64,000 nucleotides of DNA, from assembly GCA_963695875.1 (NCBI GenBank), contig CAVOID010000003.1, positions 352,001 through 416,000 on the forward strand, given 5' to 3'. Shown piece by piece: positions 44,582-56,635 of this stretch. Every line of letters begins with the position of its first letter. Position 1 is the first letter of the stretch. Both the position numbers and the translations under genes were made by a program. A model generated the notes under the pieces. The model was not told where the DNA came from and made no database searches. It saw only the letters and a program-made list of their open reading frames with translations. The DNA comes from an uncultured delta proteobacterium. Lineage in GTDB: Bacteria; Desulfobacterota; Syntrophia; Syntrophales; UBA2185.

Positions 44582-45088
44582 ATAGCTAAGGATTTAAACA
44601 TAAATCAGGAGATCAAGGCGACTACCGTCAGGGTTATTGATGAGGGTAAACAATTGGGTATTATGTCTCTGGCGGAAGCACTGGAGGTGGCTGCCAAGGC
44701 AGGTCTGGATCTGGTTGAGGTTGCTCCCAATTCTACACCACCGGTTTGCCGGATCATGGATTATGGAAAATTCAGATACCAGCAGAGCAAGAAACTACAG
44801 GTTGCAAAAAAAAGCCAGAGTATCATTCAGGTAAAGGAGATCAGGATAAGACCGAAGACTGATGAACATGACCTGCAGGTAAAGATCAAGCATATTAAGA
44901 AATTCCTCAGCCAGAATGATAAAGTAAAGATTACCATGATGTTCAGAGGTCGTGAAATGGCTTATACTGATCTCGGCAGGAAAATCATGGAGGATATCCA
45001 AAAGGAGTTGGCAGATGTAGGTGTTATTGATCAGCATCCGAGGCTGGAGGGAAGAAATATGGTTATGATGGTTTCGCCGAAGAAATAG
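44582..45088 (+). CDS. infC: Translation initiation factor IF-3 with ATA start
   Basis: GGAGGTG RBS then in-frame ATA-GCT-AAG...INQEI..TTVRVI; DLVEVAP, MDYGKF, FRGRE. Confidence 0.95.
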   Translation: MAKDLNINQEIKATTVRVIDEGKQLGIMSLAEALEVAAKAGLDLVEVAPNSTPPVCRIMDYGKFRYQQSKKLQVAKKSQSIIQVKEIRIRPKTDEHDLQVKIKHIKKFLSQNDKVKITMMFRGREMAYTDLGRKIMEDIQKELADVGVIDQHPRLEGRNMVMMVSPKK

Positions 45089-45191
45089 AATATAGGAGAT
45101 TCTCACTGAATCCGAGATCAAAACGATATCAATCCTGAATCCTGAAGTTTATAATTTAGAAAGAATTTAGATTTTTACAAGGGGTGATTTA

Positions 45192-45389
45192 ATGCCAAAG
45201 ATAAAAACACACAAGGGAGCGGCTAAACGGTTTAGCCTTACGGGAACCGGCAAGGTAAAGAGGAGTAAGGCTTATGCGAGCCATATTCTTACAAAAAAAA
45301 CGACAAAAAGAAAAAGAAATTTGAGAAAATCTACCATTCTCGACAAGAGTGATACCAGAGGAATAAAGATGTTAATTCCGTATATGTAG
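45192..45389 (+). CDS. rpmI: 50S ribosomal protein L35
   Basis: [14 protein letters not shown]. Confidence 0.97.
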   Translation: MPKIKTHKGAAKRFSLTGTGKVKRSKAYASHILTKKTTKRKRNLRKSTILDKSDTRGIKMLIPYM

Positions 45390-45483
45390 GAATTGAAATA
45401 CAAGAGTTCAGATAAGAATTTTTTAAGTTTGGTAGAATAATTCAGTAATGCGTTTTTTATAAGAAGCGGGGAGATCAGAAGAA

Positions 45484-45846
45484 ATGCCAAGAGTAAAAAG
45501 AAGTATCACTGCTAAGAAAAAGAGACGAAAAATTCTGAAAATGGCAAAGGGTTTTTTTGGAGCGCGGAGCCGTTTATTGAGGACAGCCACGGAAGCCGTC
45601 GAAAGAGCGATGAAGTATGCCTACAGGGACAGAAGAGCACGAAAAAGAGATTTCAGGAAACTGTGGATTGCAAGGATTAATGCGGCTGCACGAGTTCATG
45701 AGATATCATATAGCCGGTTAATCGACGGCATGAAAAAAGCGGGTGTCGAAATTGACAGGAAGATCCTGGCCGAGCTTGCCATTCATGATCCTCGCGGATT
45801 TTCTGAAATAGTCAGTATAGCAAAGGGTAAGCTGGCAGCATGCTAA
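45484..45846 (+). CDS. rplT: 50S ribosomal protein L20
   Basis: [27 protein letters not shown]. Confidence 0.98.
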   Translation: MPRVKRSITAKKKRRKILKMAKGFFGARSRLLRTATEAVERAMKYAYRDRRARKRDFRKLWIARINAAARVHEISYSRLIDGMKKAGVEIDRKILAELAIHDPRGFSEIVSIAKGKLAAC

Positions 45847-46856
45847 AGGAACTTGAGGAACTTCAAAGGCAGGCAGAATCTGAATTGCGTATTTCAAAAA
45901 CTGAAGAGGAGTTCCTTGCTGTAAGAACCAAGTATTTAGGAAGGAAGGGGCTTCTGACAGAGCTTCTCCGCAACCTCGGAAATATCGAACCGGAAGAGAG
46001 ACCTTTAATCGGAAATCGATGCAATGAAATTAAGAATACCCTTACTGAGAAGATTGAAAAAGCTCTGAAAGCTATTACCAGCCTGAAAAAGGATGAGAGT
46101 CTTCTCCATGATAGAATCGATGTAACACTCCCTGGCAGAAAAGTCCGATATGGTAAAGTTCATCCCATAACCCAGGTCTGTCAGGAGATATGTGATATAT
46201 TTGCAGGGTTTGGCTTTTCAGTTGTCGAAGGTCCGGAAATTGAACTGGATTATTACAATTTTGAAGCCCTGAATATTCCTAAAAATCATCCTGCACGTGA
46301 TATGCAGGATACGTTTTACGTAGAAGATAATATCGTCCTGCGTACCCATACGTCACCGGTCCAGATCAGGGTCATGGAAAAGCAGAGACCGCCGGTGAGA
46401 ATTCTTTCACCGGGCCGGGTGTATCGTCCCGATTCGGATATCTCTCATACACCCATGTTCCATCAGATTGAGGGTCTATTGGTTGATAAAGGCATCACCT
46501 TTGGTGACTTGAAAGGTGTTCTAACATCATTTCTCAAGCAGATGTTCGGTGAGGGTACGGCACTCCGATTTCGCCCCAGTTTTTTCCCCTTTACCGAGCC
46601 GAGTGCTGAGGTTGATATCAGGTGTGTCATGTGCAATGGCGAGGGTTGCCGTGTGTGCTCTCAGAGCGGCTGGCTGGAAATACTCGGATCAGGGATGGTG
46701 GATCCCGAGGTTTTTAAGAACGTAGATTACGATCCGGAAGAGGTTTCCGGTTTTGCTTTCGGCCTTGGTCTTGAGCGGATTGCCATGCTTAAGTACGGAA
46801 TATCGGATATCCGGTTGTTTTTTGAAAATGACTGGAGGTTCCTAGAACAATTTTAA
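45840..46856 (+). CDS. pheS: Phenylalanine--tRNA ligase alpha subunit
   Basis: [33 protein letters not shown]. Confidence 0.98.
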   Translation: MLKELEELQRQAESELRISKTEEEFLAVRTKYLGRKGLLTELLRNLGNIEPEERPLIGNRCNEIKNTLTEKIEKALKAITSLKKDESLLHDRIDVTLPGRKVRYGKVHPITQVCQEICDIFAGFGFSVVEGPEIELDYYNFEALNIPKNHPARDMQDTFYVEDNIVLRTHTSPVQIRVMEKQRPPVRILSPGRVYRPDSDISHTPMFHQIEGLLVDKGITFGDLKGVLTSFLKQMFGEGTALRFRPSFFPFTEPSAEVDIRCVMCNGEGCRVCSQSGWLEILGSGMVDPEVFKNVDYDPEEVSGFAFGLGLERIAMLKYGISDIRLFFENDWRFLEQF

Positions 46857-46892
46857 CCTCCGTAAAAATATCTATTTAGGATACGGATTCAT

Positions 46893-47015
46893 AAATTCTA
46901 ATCAGGAAGTCCGAAATCCTAAACAATGTCAAAATCGCAAGTTACCAAAACATTCAGAAATTCGATATTCGAATTTAATATTTGTTTAGAATTTAGATAT
47001 TAATATTTAGGATTT
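46893..47015. repeat. AT-rich heptamer-repeat palindrome
   Basis: tccgaaatcctaaacaa ... ttgtttagaatttaga arms. Confidence 0.7.
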
Positions 47016-47021
47016 ACTTGC

Positions 47022-49445
47022 ATGTTAGTCAGTCTCAGATGGCTTAAAGATTATGTAGATATCAGAATTTCACCCGCAGAGCTGGTAGATCAATTGACAA
47101 TGGCCGGTCTTGAGGTAGAAGCCGTCAAGGAAATAGGTCCTTTATTTACGAATGTTGTAGTTGCAATGATCCTTTCCGTCAGACCTCATCCCGCAGCAGA
47201 CAATTGTTTCCTTTGTGAAGTGACTACAGGTGAAAGTACCTTTCCAGTGGTATGTGGTGCCGGTAACATCCGCACTGGTGATGTGGTTCCCCTTGCGAAA
47301 ATCGGGGCAACTATACCCGGTGGTTATACCATCAGGAGCTCAAAAATCAGAGGTGAGATATCAGAGGGTATGCTCTGTTCCGAACAGGAACTCGGGATAG
47401 GCAGTGATGCTGCGGGTATCATGATTCTCCCGGGCAATCTTTCTATCGGCGAAGATCTATCAAAAGCACTTGATCTGGAGGATACCGTTCTTGATATTGC
47501 GATTACACCGAACCGTTCCGACTGTTTGAGCATCATTGGTATTGCACGTGAAGTTGCGGCAATTACAGGATTGAAGCTTAAGTATCCTGATATTACCGTA
47601 CGGGAAAGTGAAGAGGATATAAACCGTATCACGTCAGTGGATATTCTCGATCCCGATCTCTGCCCCCGATACAGCGCCAGAATTATAAAAAATGTTACGA
47701 TAAAACCTTCACCATTTTGGATGCGCCAGAGACTGGAAGCAATTGGCCTTCGCGCCATCAACAATATTGTTGATATTACCAATTATGTGATGATGGAATT
47801 GGGCCAGCCGCTTCATGCATTTGATTTCAGGTTTCTTGAAGAGGGCCGTATTGTAGTTAGAAGATCCCGCAAAGGAGAAATATTCACATCCCTAGATGAG
47901 AAGGAGCGTATCTTGGAGGCGGATACGCTGATGATTTGTGATGGCGTCAAACCAGTGGCTATTGCCGGTATCATGGGTGGAGTTAATTCTGAAGTTAAGG
48001 AGGACACAAAGACAATTCTGTTGGAAAGTGCTTATTTTGCACCATCCTCTATTCGTAAGTCGGCAAAGTTACTGGGCATGGTTACGGATGCTGCATTCAG
48101 ATTCGGTCGTGGTGTAGATCCTGAAGGTGTGATCGGGGCGCTTAACAGGGCGGCACGGTTTATGGCAGAAATTTCCGGTGGGGCAGTTTGCAAAGGTTAC
48201 ATCGATCAATATCCTAAGAAAGTTGAAACAGCAAGTGACATTCCGCTTCAGAATAAGAAGAGTCAATGATATCCTGGGGACAGATATTAATGCAGATGAA
48301 AGTACCAGAATTCTGAAATGTCTGGATATGTCGGTCTCATAGGGAAAGTGACGAAATTTACCGTGTGACCCCACCAACATACAGGGTAGATATCACGAGG
48401 GAAATAGATCTTATCGAAGAGGTAGCAAGACTTTATGGTTATGACCGTATCCCTGTAACTTTGCCCCCGGTTTCGGTTGTAACTGTAATGAAGGATCGTA
48501 AAAAAATTCTCTCGGACAGCATTACGGAAAATTCTGGGAGGATCCGGATACTCGGAGGTAATCACATACAGCTTTATCTCCCCTGGCCTTGTAGATCAGC
48601 TGGGATTCGCTTCGGAGGATGAGCGGCGAAAGATTGTTAAGATAAGAAATCCCCTGACGGAGGATCAGTCGGTAATGCGGTCGACGCTCATTCGCGGCCT
48701 CTTGGAAACAATGAAGAAAAATGCCAATAATGGCTGCTTCGATCTCAAGGTGTTTGAGATTGGCAGGGTTTTTTTTCACCATAAAGAGGGTGAGCTTCCA
48801 ATTGAGAAGAACATGATCGGTTGCTTGATCACAGGCCTGCGTTATGATGATCTCTGGTCTTCAAAGTTGTATGCAGATTTTTATGATATAAAAGGATGTA
48901 TAGAGAACATCCTTGATGGTCTCAGGATTTCAGGTTTAAAATTCAGGTCCTGATTACGGGGAGACCTTGCTCCATTCAGGGAAGTCCTGCGAAGTATATG
49001 TTGGCGACCAATTGATCGGGTTCGTAGGGGAGGTGCATCCTGATGTTCTTAGGCGCATGGATTTAAAGAATCTTGCTTATGTATTTGAAATTGATTTAGA
49101 TATTCTAACAAACCTTTTTTCCGGCGAGGTGCTGATATAAAGACCTGCCTAGGTTTCCATCGGTCGTGAGAGATGTAGCTTTTGTAGTTGGCCAAGAGAT
49201 GGAAGCGGATAAAATACTTAATCTAGCCATGGATATGGGTAAAGAATTGCTTGAAAAAGTAAGTATTTTTGATGTATATTCCGGCAAAAGTATCACCTCA
49301 TGGTAAAAAAAGTTTGGGATTAAGGTTTACATATCGGGTTGCTGACAGAACATTGACAGATGATGAAGTGAATCAGGTGCACGGGGGGATCGTAAAAAGT
49401 ATCATTGATGTAACTGGGGCAAAAATCAGGGGCGAAGAAAATTAG
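47022..49445 (+). CDS. pheT: Phenylalanine--tRNA ligase beta subunit (multiple frameshifts)
   Basis: [35 protein letters not shown]-terminal RTLTDDEV. Confidence 0.95.
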
Positions 49446-49473
49446 ATATCTGAAAGATTGTGGGAGGTTAGAA

Positions 49474-49749
49474 ATGACAAAGATTGATATTATTCAGGAT
49501 GTGTATGAGAAGCTGGGATTTTCGAAGAAGGATGCAGCGAAGATTGTTGAGTCGGTTTTTGAGATCATGAAGGATAGTCTTGCTAACGGTGAAAAGATAA
49601 AGATTTCCGGTTTCGGTAACTTTTCAGTCAAGGAGAAGAAATCTCGCAGAGGCAGAAATCCCCAGACCGGCAGCGAGATAGAGATATCGGCGAGAAAAGT
49701 GCTTACCTTTAAATCGAGTCAAGTGTTACGCAAGGCGCTGAACAGTTAA
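49474..49749 (+). CDS. ihfA: Integration host factor alpha
   Basis: ISGFGNF, GRNPQTG; follows pheT. Confidence 0.93.
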   Translation: MTKIDIIQDVYEKLGFSKKDAAKIVESVFEIMKDSLANGEKIKISGFGNFSVKEKKSRRGRNPQTGSEIEISARKVLTFKSSQVLRKALNS

Positions 49750-50139
49750 GCTTCGAAGGTTAAAGAAGCTCTAAGCACGAAATCCTGATGACCCGGTAAA
49801 AACATGTCCACGCAAGTTATAGTCGGGTGTCAGTAACTGTACTAAAAGTGGTAGACTTCTTAAACAACACCGGAAGCAAGGTATATCCTTAGACAGGAAG
49901 AGGATGATCTTGCCTACTGAAAGAGGCGTAGACCAATATTCGATCCATAACATATGCCTCGGCCTTGGCAGGAGGCAAACTCCAGCTGGGGAACATTTTA
50001 CAAGCCTCTAATCCTGAATGCTAAGCGAATTCAAAACCCAAGTGATGCAAATCTAACCCTTAAGTGGGAAATACATATGTGGAGCTTCAAGATTTAAACT
50101 TGGTCTTTTTGGGATATTAGGATTTAGGCTCTTATTTAA

Positions 50140-50478
50140 ATGAATATTTCGATTCCGGACAAAGAGTATTTCCGTATCGGAGAGGTTAGTAAGATTCTTG
50201 GTGTAGATCCTTACGTCGTCAGGTATTGGGAATCTGAGTTCAAATCGATAAAGCCAATTCGTACGAAATCCGACCAGCGTCTATTCAGGAGAAAAGATTT
50301 AGAGGAGCTGTTGATTATTAAAAACCTCCTCTATGCCGATAAGTTTACCATCAGCGGTGCTAAAAAACAATTGTTGAAGATGAGGGAAGGGACGGTGCAA
50401 TCCGATAAGGACTGTAATCGTGAGCGGCTTGGTGAGATTAAAAAGGGATTACTGCAGATAAGAAAAATAGTCAGTTGA
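50140..50478 (+). CDS. MerR-family regulator
   Basis: YFRIGEVS, VVRYWESEF; usual position after ihfA. Confidence 0.9.
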   Translation: MNISIPDKEYFRIGEVSKILGVDPYVVRYWESEFKSIKPIRTKSDQRLFRRKDLEELLIIKNLLYADKFTISGAKKQLLKMREGTVQSDKDCNRERLGEIKKGLLQIRKIVS

Positions 50479-50533
50479 AGAGAAAGAGGGACAGGCATTT
50501 CTTCACAAAGGAAAAAACCTGCCCCTCCTGTCC

Positions 50534-50815
50534 TTAATGCTTGATTGATCTTTTGGATGCCTTGAGCGGATTGATTTTTTGTGTGGCTTCTTTGATTTCT
50601 TTCTTTATGTGCGATGCGGTTGGACAGTTTCCAGAAAGCCATTTGCTGATGGGTTCAGGATAGACCTTGCAGTACTGACCGGTCGGGCAATCTATGATTT
50701 TATTGCAACCTTCACACTTCTCAATAATTATATGACAACTACCTCCATTAAATCCACAGCCTTTCTTCGTCATGAAGGTACACTCTGAACCAGTCTTGAT
50801 GGTTTGACAGACCAT
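50534..50815 (-). CDS. PxxKW-family cysteine-rich protein
   Basis: Seven Cys, YPEPISKW, KINPLKASKR. Confidence 0.85.
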   Translation of the reverse strand: MVCQTIKTGSECTFMTKKGCGFNGGSCHIIIEKCEGCNKIIDCPTGQYCKVYPEPISKWLSGNCPTASHIKKEIKEATQKINPLKASKRSIKH

Positions 50816-51043
50816 TGGAATCACCCCCTTTCATGTTTTTTTTGTAATTTTTTATTGGTAATGACATCTATCAAAAATTTTCTAATTATAGCAAAATAAT
50901 TAATTGATGTCAAGTAAATAAATACATAAAAATTAATGATTAAATTATGCAATAATAACGTCATGAATAGCCTATCGAATGAATTGACTTCAAAACACAA
51001 TCATGTTAGGCAAACACCTCTGTTAGAGGAGAATCTATGAAGA

Positions 51044-51355
51044 GTGAAAAACATCAATGAACATCGCATCATGTTTGAGTCTGCCATGGTAGAAATAAAA
51101 ACATTTGAGATAAAAAATAAACTGGGTCTTCATGCGAGGGTTGCGGCGAAGCTGGTCAATGTGTCAACACGATTTAAATCAAAAATATTTTTTGAAAGAG
51201 ATGGCAGAGTTGTGAATGGAAAAAGTCTTCTCAGTATCTTGACATTAGCCTGTCCTTTGGGAAGCCGAATAACAATAAGAGCAGAAGGGATAGATGCACG
51301 GGAGGCTATTGAAGATCTTGAGAAGCTGATAGAAGATAAATTTGGAGAAGATTGA
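51044..51355 (+). CDS. ptsH: Phosphocarrier protein HPr (start may be 51071 or 51086)
   Basis: GLHAR, NGKSLLSIL. Confidence 0.92.
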   Translation: MKNINEHRIMFESAMVEIKTFEIKNKLGLHARVAAKLVNVSTRFKSKIFFERDGRVVNGKSLLSILTLACPLGSRITIRAEGIDAREAIEDLEKLIEDKFGED

Positions 51356-53136
51356 TGGATACTGATGTGGAAAAAAAATCTTTTGTTCTAAAAGGGATAG
51401 GAGTCTCACCAGGTATCGTGATCGGAAAGGCATACCTGTATGATCGCTTCAATGCTCAGGTTTCCTTTTATAAGTTGAAGGATAAAAGCCTTGTATCTGA
51501 GGAAATTAGACGGTTCAAAACAGCCCTAAAGGAATCGGAAAAACAGCTTCTGGAAGTAAAAAATAAACTCTGGGAATTGGCCGGCCGGGAGCCGCTATAT
51601 ATCATCGATGTTCATATCATGATTCTAAAGGACAAGATGTTTATCAACCATACAATTCAATATATTAAGGACGTGTTAATCAATGCAGAGTGGGCCATTA
51701 AGATGACCATCGATAGATATAGAGAAATCTTTGAAAAGGTGGAAGACGAATATCTCAAAGGCCGGATCAGTGATATTCGATATGTGGGGCAGATGATTCT
51801 AAGGAATCTTGCCGGAGAAAAGAAAGAGACCATTACGGATGTTAGCGGAAAGGGTATCGTCATAGCCATAGACCTTTCGCCTGCAGATACTGCGCAGATG
51901 ATGATTAACAAAGTCCAGGGATTTGCGACAGATATGGGAGGGAAAACATCCCATACAGCAATTGTGGCCAGAGCGGTTGAAATTCCCGCAGTTGTTGGTT
52001 TGGAATCCATTACAAAAATGGTTCGAACAAATGACGACATTATTGTTGACGGCTCCGCGGGGCTTGTTGTGGTGAATCCTGATCCAGAAATGATTAAGGT
52101 ATATGAAGATAAACAGAAGCACTTTGAGACAGCCCAGGAAAACTTTCTGAAATATGCCCATCTTCCTGCGATAACGAAGGATAATTATAAAGTGGAAATA
52201 GGTGGAAACATAGAGTTTATCGAGGAGATCCCTTCTGCCATATCTCATGGCGCCGAAGGCATCGGTCTGTATAGAACGGAATTCATCTACATAAATAAAG
52301 AACAGCTTCCAACGGAGGAAGAGCACTTTTCACATTACAGAAGTGTTGTTGGGTCAAAGGGCTTAAAATGGGCAACTATCCGGACCCTTGATTTAGGTGG
52401 TGATAAGTTTTACTCTGATCCTAAGTTAGCCAAGGAGATGAACCCTCAAATGGGCCTGAGAGCCATACGATTTTGTCTGAAGGAAGTGGAGTTGTTTAAG
52501 GTACAGTTGCGGGCAATTGCCCGAGCCAGTGCTTTTGGCAAGACTAGAATCATGTTTCCTATGATTTCAGGAGTTGAGGAAATACGAGAAGCCAAAAAAA
52601 TCTTTTTTGAGGTTAAAGATGATCTTATTGTCCAGGGTATACCGGTTGGCAACGACATTGAGATCGGAGTCATGATAGAAGTTCCGTCTGCTGTAATTAT
52701 TGCCGATGAATTGGCAAAGGAAGTGGATTTTTTTAGCATAGGCACAAACGACCTGATCCAATATGCCTTAGCTATTGATAGGATAAACGAAAGGGTAACC
52801 TACCTATATGAACCTCTCCACCCAGCTGTGTTAAGACTAATAAAGCAAGTGATCGACGTTGGTCATAGAGCAGGCATTCGGGTTGCAATGTGCGGGGAAA
52901 TGGCTGGTGAACCAGCTTATATCATGATTCTTTTAGGGCTCGAAATTGATGAGTTAAGCATGAATCCTCTGGCAATACCCAGGGTAAAAAAGGTAATCCG
53001 CGGTTCTACTCTAAAGGAATCCAAAGCCTTGTTAGAAAAAGTCATGACATTTTCATCGGCTTCTGAGATACGGGAATTTGTAAATAATTATATGAGTGAG
53101 CGGTTTCCTGAAGAGTTTCAGCTAAACGGGACTTAA
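51352..53136 (+). CDS. ptsI: PTS enzyme I
   Basis: GGKTSHTAI, GLYRTEF, SIGTNDLIQY, CGEMAG. Confidence 0.97.
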   Translation: MMDTDVEKKSFVLKGIGVSPGIVIGKAYLYDRFNAQVSFYKLKDKSLVSEEIRRFKTALKESEKQLLEVKNKLWELAGREPLYIIDVHIMILKDKMFINHTIQYIKDVLINAEWAIKMTIDRYREIFEKVEDEYLKGRISDIRYVGQMILRNLAGEKKETITDVSGKGIVIAIDLSPADTAQMMINKVQGFATDMGGKTSHTAIVARAVEIPAVVGLESITKMVRTNDDIIVDGSAGLVVVNPDPEMIKVYEDKQKHFETAQENFLKYAHLPAITKDNYKVEIGGNIEFIEEIPSAISHGAEGIGLYRTEFIYINKEQLPTEEEHFSHYRSVVGSKGLKWATIRTLDLGGDKFYSDPKLAKEMNPQMGLRAIRFCLKEVELFKVQLRAIARASAFGKTRIMFPMISGVEEIREAKKIFFEVKDDLIVQGIPVGNDIEIGVMIEVPSAVIIADELAKEVDFFSIGTNDLIQYALAIDRINERVTYLYEPLHPAVLRLIKQVIDVGHRAGIRVAMCGEMAGEPAYIMILLGLEIDELSMNPLAIPRVKKVIRGSTLKESKALLEKVMTFSSASEIREFVNNYMSERFPEEFQLNGT

Positions 53137-53163
53137 GAGATTAAATAGTAAAAGACACATCTG

Positions 53164-53210
53164 TGACGGTTTCGTAAAAGTCAAGTAAATTACGTTTTTA
53201 CGAGGCCACC
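53164..53210. repeat. Minimal remnant of the TCGTAAAA inverted-repeat MITE family
   Basis: tgacggtttcgtaaaa...tttttacga. Confidence 0.5.
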
Positions 53211-53239
53211 GCCCGGTTTTAAGTATTTACGAGATCATT

Positions 53240-55873
53240 ATGTCCATCCTGTCAAAAATTAAAGCGTGGATGACAGACAGTAAAGAATTTTTCTCTGGAT
53301 GCCTTTACAAGGAGGACAATTTTCCTCTATTCTGGCTTATTAAGGATGTATTGTCCAAGGTCGAACTTGCTGATGAGTATGTCGAATCATTAAAAAAACT
53401 TTCGGAAAAAGGGATAGTCATTTATGCAATTAAAGATAAAAGTCAGCTCAATAGTCTTATTATACGTGAGCTTTCGGCCAGAAAGGGTATACCGAGGCCG
53501 GTTTATTGCCACGGAATAAATATGATTTTCTGGCAGCCTTTCTCTGCTGCTTTTAGGGTTGTTTTTTCCATTCTATTTCATTTTCTTTTCAAAAAGACCA
53601 TTCTGGAAACCTACAAGACCAATTATCTGAAACGAATCATCATAGAAGGGAAAAGTGTAGTTATACATCTTGGAGGTTCAGAATTTTTTGAAAACCGTAT
53701 GACACAGAAAGCGCTCATACAATTGATTGATACTCAAAAAAATTTAAATATGCCGATTTATATTATTCCGGTTATGATTACCTATGGACGAAGAAGGGAT
53801 AAGGAGAAGGAGAGTTTAATAAATATTCTATTTGGCCAGGCGGAAGAAACGGGTGCACTTCGCCGGGTGATTACATTTCTCCGATACTCCAATCAAGCAA
53901 CGGTGATAGCTGCAGATCCGATTAAGCTTAAGGACTTCGTCAATGAAAACAAAGATATAACAACAGAGGCACTATACCATGATCTGAGAAGAGAACTGAT
54001 AGACAGGATTGATGAAGAGAAGACAAGCATCGTGGGGCCTGTTTTGAAGTCAAGGGAAGAAATTATCAGCATGGTTCTTAATGAAGATAATCTCAATCAT
54101 TTTATAGAAGAGATGGCGGCCCATGGCACAAAAGAGCATGACACCCTTGTCAAGGAGGCGGAAAAATACATGCGGGAAATTGCTTCTGACTATAATGACA
54201 TGTTTATCGATCTCTGGGATAAATTTCTCACGTGGCTGTGGAATAATATCTATGATGGTGTGGTGGTTGACAAGTCTGGACTGGCAAAAATTAGAAACAT
54301 ATCAAAAAAAATGCCTTTTGTCATCATACCCTGCCATCGGAGCCACATCGATTATCTCCTCCTTTCTTATGTTTTTTACAAACATAATATCCAGATGCCG
54401 TTTGTCGCTGCCGGTACCAATCTGTCATTCTGGCCTGTGGGATACATCTTTAGAAAATCGGGTGCCTTTTTCATTCGTCGTACCTTTAAGGGGAACATAC
54501 TCTACAGCGAAGTATTCGCCAAATATCGTGGAAGTCCTTTTAAAAGAAGGTCTGCCGCTTGAGTTTTTCATAGAGGGGGGACGGAGTCGCAGCGGTAAGA
54601 TGGTAATGCCAAAATTTGGCCTCCTTTCGATGCTTATCCAGGCTTATAAGAAGAAGGCCTGTGATGATCTGGCAGCAATTCCAGTCTTCATTGGGTATGA
54701 TCGTGTCATTGAAGGGGATTCCTACTTGAAGGAGCTTGGAGGAGTACCGAAAGAAAGAGAGAAGACTTCAGATGTAATAAAAAGTCATAAAATTTTAAGG
54801 AGACGTTACGGACGAGTTTATGTGAACATCGGTGAACCGATTTTTTTAAAATCATATCTTGCATCGCAGGAGAAAGCTTTTGAAGATATGACGACAGAAG
54901 AGAGACAGAGCCTGTACAGGAAAATCAGTTATGAAATTGCCCTTGAAATCAATAAGGTGTCTGTCAGTCACTCCTTTTTCTCTCGTTGCGTCCGGTTTGC
55001 TTTGCCACGACAGAAAAGGAATATCTCATGAGGAAATGATGGACGTGATAGATTTATTCTCTGATTATCTCAGCCATAGAGAAGTAAACTTTGCTGCTAC
55101 CCTGGTTAATAGGGAAAAGGCTGTTATAGATGCCCTGAACCACTTTGACCAGTTGGACATAATATCCAAAATGGGGGCGGATGAAAAAGAACATGATGAA
55201 CTGGAAGAAGTCGTTTACTCCCTGGAAGATGACAATCGACTGAAATTAGAGTATTATAAAAATAATATCCTTCACTTCTTCATCCCGATCAGCTTCGTAG
55301 CCGCGTCATTGCTAGCAAGTCATGAAGATGTGGTATCCTTGAACCGGATCGTGAAGGATTACCAGTTTTTTAAGAGGCTCTTCTGGCATGAATTCATCTT
55401 TGATGATCGGAGGGATGATTTGGATGAGGTGAATGATGTCCTCTCTTATTTAGATAACAGAGGTATGATAACCGGTTTGGAACGAAATGGACACGCGCTG
55501 GTCGAGGTTAAGGGCAGGGGCAGGAGGGATCTAATGCCCTTTGCCGGCTTGGTACGCAACTATATAGAATCGTACTGGGTAGTGATCAGAGGTTGTCTGT
55601 ATCTCAAAAACGGAGCAATGCAGGAAAAGGAATGGACGAGGAAGATCCAGCAGGCTGGCTGTTAAGATGTACAAAAAGGGAGAGATACGTAGGGCAGAAG
55701 CCCTGTCGCAGTCCAATTATCGAAGTGCTATGCAATTTCTCCAGGATGCCGAAATTGTGTATATTTCCGAATCTGGTGATAAAGGAGATAAGAAAGAATC
55801 TAATCTATGTACGCTTGCCGGCAGCAAGGTGGAAATGGATTCTCTCCGACACAGATTGTTCGAATTCTTGTAG
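53240..55873 (+). CDS. plsB: PlsB-type glycerol-3-phosphate acyltransferase (frameshifted)
   Basis: PCHRSHIDY, GAFFIRR, FFIEGGRSRSGK. Confidence 0.88.
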
Positions 55874-55989
55874 TGACGGTATCGCACAGGATACTCTGGG
55901 TTTTGCGATGTTATTTCCTGGAAACCCTTGTAAAAGTCTCAGTTTTTATTTGACTTCCCTAGCCGTTCATGCTAAGGAGCGCAACGCAG

Positions 55990-56274
55990 ATGGATAAGGA
56001 CACTAAGAAATCAGCCATCCAGCTCGCATATGCCAGCAGTATTGGCATTGCCATGGTACTGTTGATTTTCGGAAGTCTTTATCTGGGTGTCTATCTCGAC
56101 AGGAAGTTTGGAACTGGATATAAATTAACAATTTTTCTTTTAATAGTAGGTATTGTTGCCGGATTCAGGAATATATACGTTTTAATAAAGAAATTTTCCT
56201 GGGATGAAAAACCTGTAATTAAGTATCTGAAAAGTGAACCACACAGAAAAAGATCCCCTCCAAAGAAAGCTTGA
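55990..56274 (+). CDS. AtpZ/AtpI-family small membrane protein
   Basis: SSIGIAMV, GVYLDRKFGT, two TM helices; first gene of the F0 cluster. Confidence 0.85.
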   Translation: MDKDTKKSAIQLAYASSIGIAMVLLIFGSLYLGVYLDRKFGTGYKLTIFLLIVGIVAGFRNIYVLIKKFSWDEKPVIKYLKSEPHRKRSPPKKA

Positions 56275-56632
56275 GCTTACAAACTGGGTTATCCTGGGGA
56301 TACTTCTCATGCTCAGTTTTATCTTCATGCCTTATAGATTTGCTTTCGGAATGTTGTTGGGCGGTTTTATAAGTATTGTAAATTTTTATTGGCTTGGCAG
56401 GGATCTGAGAAAGGCGTTCAGCAGGCTTTCCGAACGGTCAAATTCATCTGTCATGTTTAAATATTACATCAGGTTTGCCGTTACGGCTGTTGCCCTGTAT
56501 TTTATCATCTCCGGAGATTTTGTTGATATAGTAGGCTTATTGATTGGCCTTTCGATAGTAGTTATTGCCATAGTATTTACCACAATCGCAACGGCATATT
56601 CAAAAAAAAATTGCATTGAGGAGGTTAAATAA
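56234..56632 (+). CDS. atpI: ATP synthase protein I
   Basis: Four TM helices; directly upstream of atpB. Confidence 0.8.
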   Translation: MNHTEKDPLQRKLELTNWVILGILLMLSFIFMPYRFAFGMLLGGFISIVNFYWLGRDLRKAFSRLSERSNSSVMFKYYIRFAVTAVALYFIISGDFVDIVGLLIGLSIVVIAIVFTTIATAYSKKNCIEEVK

Positions 56633-56635
56633 GAG

